Source: Thermoleophilia bacterium (GTDB lineage: Bacteria; Actinomycetota; Thermoleophilia; RBG-16-64-13). Taken from it: DNA of 64,000 nt. The DNA lies in contig JAOAGT010000002.1 of the NCBI GenBank assembly GCA_026415615.1, positions 448,545 to 512,544 on the forward strand, read 5' to 3'. The notes under the pieces were generated by a model, which saw only the letters and a program-made list of their open reading frames with translations, was not told the DNA's origin and made no database searches. This document shows, one piece after another, positions 60,885-64,000 of this stretch. Numbering within the stretch: position 1 is the first letter of the stretch; each line of letters opens with the position of its first letter. The position numbers and the translations under genes are program-made.

Positions 60885-61534
60885 GCGCGGCTGAGCTTCT
60901 CGAGTGCTTGTTGGCACAGTCTTACTCCCTCCATTGCGTCGTTGGTCCAAAGGTCAGCGCCTATGTAGCGCGCGGTAGCTTCGTCGATAGTTCCCCCGCC
61001 TACGACTAACAGCGGCAAGTGTTCAAACTCCGAGGCGTGCTGACGGAAGAGCGCCACGGTTTCGTGCATAGAAGCAAAAGCAGCTGTGAGGAGACCGGAC
61101 ATGCCCACGATGTCGGGCTTGGACTCCCGTGCCGCTTCGAGAAACTCCTCTGGGGGTATGTTTACGCCAAGGTCACGGACAGAGAAGCCAAACATGCGAA
61201 ATGCCAAAGCTGCCATGTTCTTGCCGATATCGTGGATATCCCCAGCTACAGTACCAAGCAGCACTTTCCCCGAGGCTTCCCCAGTCCACTCGGCTTCGAG
61301 CCCTGGTCTTACCAGTTCCATAACGGTCCGGAAGATTTCGCCGGCCATTATGAGCCCGGACAAGTAGATTTCTTTTTGCTCGTACCTTTCTCCAACGCGG
61401 CGCATGCCTGCCTGCACAGCTCGCACCACCTCGACCGGGCTGGTGCCCTCTTTGAGGGCTTGTTCCACAAGGTCGAGGACTCGCTTGTCGTCTAGCTCCT
61501 CGACTGCGCCGCTTATCTGTTCCAAGACAAGCAT
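60881..61534 (-). CDS. corrinoid (cobalamin-binding) protein, MtaC/MtbC-like
   Basis: 217 aa. N-terminal helical cap, then DxHxxG (GDIHDIGKN), MSGLLT and VVGGG motifs. Confidence 0.9.
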   Translation of the reverse strand: MLVLEQISGAVEELDDKRVLDLVEQALKEGTSPVEVVRAVQAGMRRVGERYEQKEIYLSGLIMAGEIFRTVMELVRPGLEAEWTGEASGKVLLGTVAGDIHDIGKNMAALAFRMFGFSVRDLGVNIPPEEFLEAARESKPDIVGMSGLLTAAFASMHETVALFRQHASEFEHLPLLVVGGGTIDEATARYIGADLWTNDAMEGVRLCQQALEKLSRA

Positions 61535-61591
61535 CTACTCCTCCCGCAGCTTCCCCCTCCACGTCACCACGATGTCACCGCGCTGCGATGA

Positions 61592-62491
61592 TCATTTCCT
61601 GGCGCGAGCAAGCGGCGCCGATCGAGGTTCACGTGGTGGCACGGGACCTAGGTGGCTTGTTAGCTGAAATTGATCAGGCCGGCAGAGGAAACGGCCCCAA
61701 CTTAGCGGTCTGCCGTCAAAATCGTGGAACAAACTCTCTAAACACAACGCAGGCGAGCCAACGGGCAGCTCTAGATTAGCCGCGGCTTCGCTGTCCAGAC
61801 TGACAGCGCGTATGGTGAGCCAACCTCCGGGCAAGCCTTCGGCTCTGGCAGATCGCAGCAGGCCGGCAAGGGATGTAATCTGGAGTTCAACCTCAACTAG
61901 AGGTCGATGCTCATCGTAGAGTATGTAGGCCAGCTGGTAAATCAGGGGAGTTTGTTCCCGCTTCACTAGACGGCGTAAGTAGACAGTGGGCGTTCCCGTC
62001 TCGACCTCAAGCACGGCCGCCACCTCTTCGTCAGCCGGTTTGATCCTTGCCTCGAGCAATAGGACTTCGGCAGAGTCGTCCTCGGTCCACGACTCGGTAA
62101 TTTCTTGGAGGCGAAAGATCGCCTCTCCCATGTCAAGAGCACGCACGAACGTGCCCTTGCCCTGTACCGTGGTGACTAGACCTCTGTCGAGGAGCAGGCC
62201 GATGGCTCTGCGGACAGTCATAGGACTAACTCTGTACTGTGCCCGCAGCTGGGGCTCGGTCGGGAGTTGGTCCCCGGGGCGAAATACTCCGGCCGCAATC
62301 TGCTCCGAAAGAGCGTTTGCGATACGCACATAGGCCGGCTCATAAGAACGTTCTGATGGGTAACGAGGGCGACCTCGCTCAGACGCGGCTGGCGGAACAG
62401 GTTCCAAGTTCCCCTGCATGCCGCCATATCCCGCCTGCTGGCTTCGTCTTTGAGTCGGCGGGCCCGAAGCGTTGTTGAAGGGCTCTACCAC
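61592..62491 (-). CDS. GntR family transcriptional regulator (HutC/UTRA subfamily)
   Basis: YVRIANALSEQIAAGVFRPGDQLPTEPQLRAQYRVSPMTVRRAIGLLLDRGLVTTVQGKGTFV plus a C-terminal UTRA-like domain. GTG 62491 with GAGGAGG 13 nt upstream. The ~50-aa N-terminal extension leaves the start uncertain. Confidence 0.85.
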   Translation of the reverse strand: MVEPFNNASGPPTQRRSQQAGYGGMQGNLEPVPPAASERGRPRYPSERSYEPAYVRIANALSEQIAAGVFRPGDQLPTEPQLRAQYRVSPMTVRRAIGLLLDRGLVTTVQGKGTFVRALDMGEAIFRLQEITESWTEDDSAEVLLLEARIKPADEEVAAVLEVETGTPTVYLRRLVKREQTPLIYQLAYILYDEHRPLVEVELQITSLAGLLRSARAEGLPGGWLTIRAVSLDSEAAANLELPVGSPALCLESLFHDFDGRPLSWGRFLCRPDQFQLTSHLGPVPPREPRSAPLARARK

Positions 62492-62518
62492 TTATGTCCC
62501 ACAACCTCCTCGAACAAC

Positions 62519-62547
62519 TTGCACATTTATCTATATAACTATACAAT
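62519..62547 (+). promoter_or_regulatory. sigma-70-type promoter for fhs (-35 TTGCAC, 17-bp spacer, -10 TACAAT)
   Basis: TTGCAC 62519-62524 and TACAAT 62542-62547, read directly. About 105-nt leader to ATG 62658. Confidence 0.6.
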
Positions 62548-62565
62548 ACATCCCCGGACTGTCAA
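62538..62565 (-). promoter_or_regulatory. sigma-70-type promoter for the gntR-corrinoid-FNT operon (-35 TTGACA, 16-bp spacer, -10 TATAGT)
   Basis: Minus-strand TTGACA is the complement of 62560-62565 and TATAGT is the complement of 62538-62543. Its -10 overlaps the fhs -10 region. Confidence 0.6.
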
Positions 62566-62578
62566 ACCAAGTAGTTGT

Positions 62579-62625
62579 GAGAACTTGCGGGCTCGACTGA
62601 CGGCGAAGTTCTCCCGCATGTTCTC
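62579..62625 (+). promoter_or_regulatory. hairpin in the fhs 5' leader with a competing internal pairing
   Basis: GAGAACTTGCGGG (62579-62591) pairs with CCCGCATGTTCTC (62613-62625), 12 bp with 1 mismatch. The loop contains AAGTTCTC, which can alternatively pair with GAGAACTT. Confidence 0.5.
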
Positions 62626-62657
62626 GGGCGTACAAGCGTCGTAATGGAGCATAGCTG

Positions 62658-64000
62658 ATGAAGACGGAGTCGAGGATCAAGACTGACATCGAGATTGCTC
62701 ACGAAGCCACCCTGGTTCCCATCACTGAAATAGCTGCTGATCTAGGTCTATCTGCTGACGACATCGACCAGTATGGCAAATACAAAGCCAAGATACATCT
62801 GGATGTCCTTGAGCGTCTAAGCGACAGACCCGACGGCAAGCTCGTTCTCTGCACAGCGATCACCCCCACTCCGGCAGGAGAGGGAAAAACGACTACCAAC
62901 ATTGGCCTCTCCATGGCTCTGAACAAACTGGGCCGCAAAGCTGTATGCACTCTGCGCGAGCCGTCCTTGGGGCCCTGCTTTGGGATTAAAGGCGGTGCGG
63001 CTGGCGGCGGCTATGCCCAGGTTGTGCCCATGGAAGACATCAACCTTCATTTTACTGGAGATATTCACGCTATCGGAGCTGCGCACAATCTGTGTGCTGC
63101 GGTTCTGGACAACCACCTTTTCCAAGGAAACGAGCTTGACATTAATCCCAACGACATCCCCTGGCCTCGCGTGGTTGACTTGAACGACCGTGCGCTTCGT
63201 GACATTACCATCGGCCAGGGTGGCCAAGGCGTCGAGCGCAAGACTCGCTTCGACATCACTGTGGCCTCCGAAGTGATGGCTATCCTCTGCTTGGCTAACG
63301 ACTATGACGACCTGAAGGCCCGCCTTGAGCGTACCGTAGTAGCTTGGACCCACTCGGGTCAGCCTGTCACGGCCAAGGATCTCAAGGTTTCGGGGTCTAT
63401 GGCTGTTCTCTTGCGTGACGCACTCATGCCCAACCTGGTGCAGACGCTGGAAAATACTCCGGCGATTATTCATGGTGGTCCCTTCGCCAACATCGCTCAC
63501 GGATGCAATTCGGTGCAGGCTACCAAGATCGGTCTCAAGCTAGGTGACTACTGCGTCACCGAGGCCGGCTTTGGGGCTGATCTCGGGGCCGAGAAGTTCT
63601 TCGACATTAAGTGCCGCTACGCTGGTTTATCGCCAGACTGCGTAGTCTTGGTGGCAACCATTCGGGCTCTTAAGATGCACGGTGGTGTTCCGTTGGCGGA
63701 TCTTAAGACCGAGAATCTTGAGGCGCTCAGCCTCGGCATCGAGAACCTTGAAAAGCACCTCGAGAACATTCAGGGCTTTGGTATGCCGGTGGTTGTGGCC
63801 ATTAACCGCTTCCCCGATGACACCGAAGCGGAGCTTGAGCTTTTGCGGCAGAGAGTGGCTGCCATGGGAGCCAATGTAGTGCTATCTGAAGTCTGGGCCC
63901 ACGGCGGAGATGGCGGGCTTGAGCTGGCGGAGGAAGTCATTCGGTTGTGCGAGTCAGGAGAAAAACCACAGCTAAAGTTTACGTATGACCTTGAGGACAG
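62658..64000 (+). CDS. fhs: formate-tetrahydrofolate ligase (3' end outside window)
   Basis: Open to the window edge. [13 protein letters not shown]-loop, [39 protein letters not shown] and [15 protein letters not shown]. Confidence 0.95.
   Translation, partial: MKTESRIKTDIEIAHEATLVPITEIAADLGLSADDIDQYGKYKAKIHLDVLERLSDRPDGKLVLCTAITPTPAGEGKTTTNIGLSMALNKLGRKAVCTLREPSLGPCFGIKGGAAGGGYAQVVPMEDINLHFTGDIHAIGAAHNLCAAVLDNHLFQGNELDINPNDIPWPRVVDLNDRALRDITIGQGGQGVERKTRFDITVASEVMAILCLANDYDDLKARLERTVVAWTHSGQPVTAKDLKVSGSMAVLLRDALMPNLVQTLENTPAIIHGGPFANIAHGCNSVQATKIGLKLGDYCVTEAGFGADLGAEKFFDIKCRYAGLSPDCVVLVATIRALKMHGGVPLADLKTENLEALSLGIENLEKHLENIQGFGMPVVVAINRFPDDTEAELELLRQRVAAMGANVVLSEVWAHGGDGGLELAEEVIRLCESGEKPQLKFTYDLED

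Noticed and set aside
62560-62657. ZTP (pfl-motif) riboswitch upstream of fhs
   Set aside because: The leader contains GACGGCGAAG, reminiscent of the GACUGGCGAA core. However, I could not find the obligatory 3' CCGCCUGGGC pseudoknot or binding-pocket segment or a matching P1/P2 arrangement. It is reported only as an unclassified structured leader.
62817-63500. 227-aa minus-strand ORF
   Set aside because: It is antisense to fhs, which is open in its own frame to the window edge and carries the family motifs.

Overview
This is a densely coding 64-kb chromosomal window from a GC-rich bacterium, with about 58 CDS and 1 tRNA. RBSs are strong GGAGG-type and many starts are GTG or TTG. I saw no rRNA, CRISPR array, transposase, integrase or phage gene. 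The gene content suggests an anaerobic, monoderm-type organism. Supporting genes are the LCP, NlpC/P60 and CWB2 wall proteins, Thr/Ala-rich lipoprotein linkers, a tungsten-type aldehyde:ferredoxin oxidoreductase, two molybdopterin enzymes, a corrinoid protein and formate-THF ligase. The phylum cannot be resolved without a search. Layout: (1) 1-7.8 kb is housekeeping: Tag-like glycosylase, thiolase, NifU-like protein, coiled-coil P60 hydrolase, initiator tRNA, ArsR and LCP. (2) 7.9-30.9 kb holds two divergent operons centred on a TetR gene. The minus-strand operon encodes TRAP transporter, AOR, SDR, cupin, bicupin, SnoaL-like protein and an orphan LIV-type SBP. The plus-strand operon encodes TetR, a UroD-like protein, SDR, ferredoxin, an FAD flavoprotein and a GlcD/F/E-like trio. 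The whole block is bracketed by two paralogous proteins built from degenerate methyltransferase-like domains. (3) 30.9-40.6 kb is a mix of small genes: orphan RHH, flavodoxin, cupins, SIMPL, USP, ACT, CWB2 protein, DUF1846, MBL hydrolase, stand-alone GMP-synthase ATP-PPase subunit and a YbjN-like protein. (4) 40.7-50.7 kb holds a pyrogallol-transhydroxylase-type Mo enzyme (AthL/BthL-like) in one operon with an atypical acyl-CoA-dehydrogenase-fold protein. Next to it are LysR and etfBA, ETF:quinone oxidoreductase and a CMD-family protein. (5) 50.8-54.6 kb encodes a radical SAM protein, a second cytoplasmic molybdopterin oxidoreductase and a mini Fe-S protein. (6) 54.7-59.8 kb encodes an acyltransferase, DUF1405, FtsH, ProC and a CBS/ACT protein. 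(7) 59.9-64.0 kb holds a GntR, corrinoid protein and formate/nitrite transporter operon divergent from fhs. The best candidates for something undescribed are the ACAD plus transhydroxylase operon, the TetR-centred anaerobic catabolic island with its three-member cupin subfamily, and the bracketing pseudo-methyltransferase paralogs. All calls come from reading motifs by eye; no database search or computation was possible.
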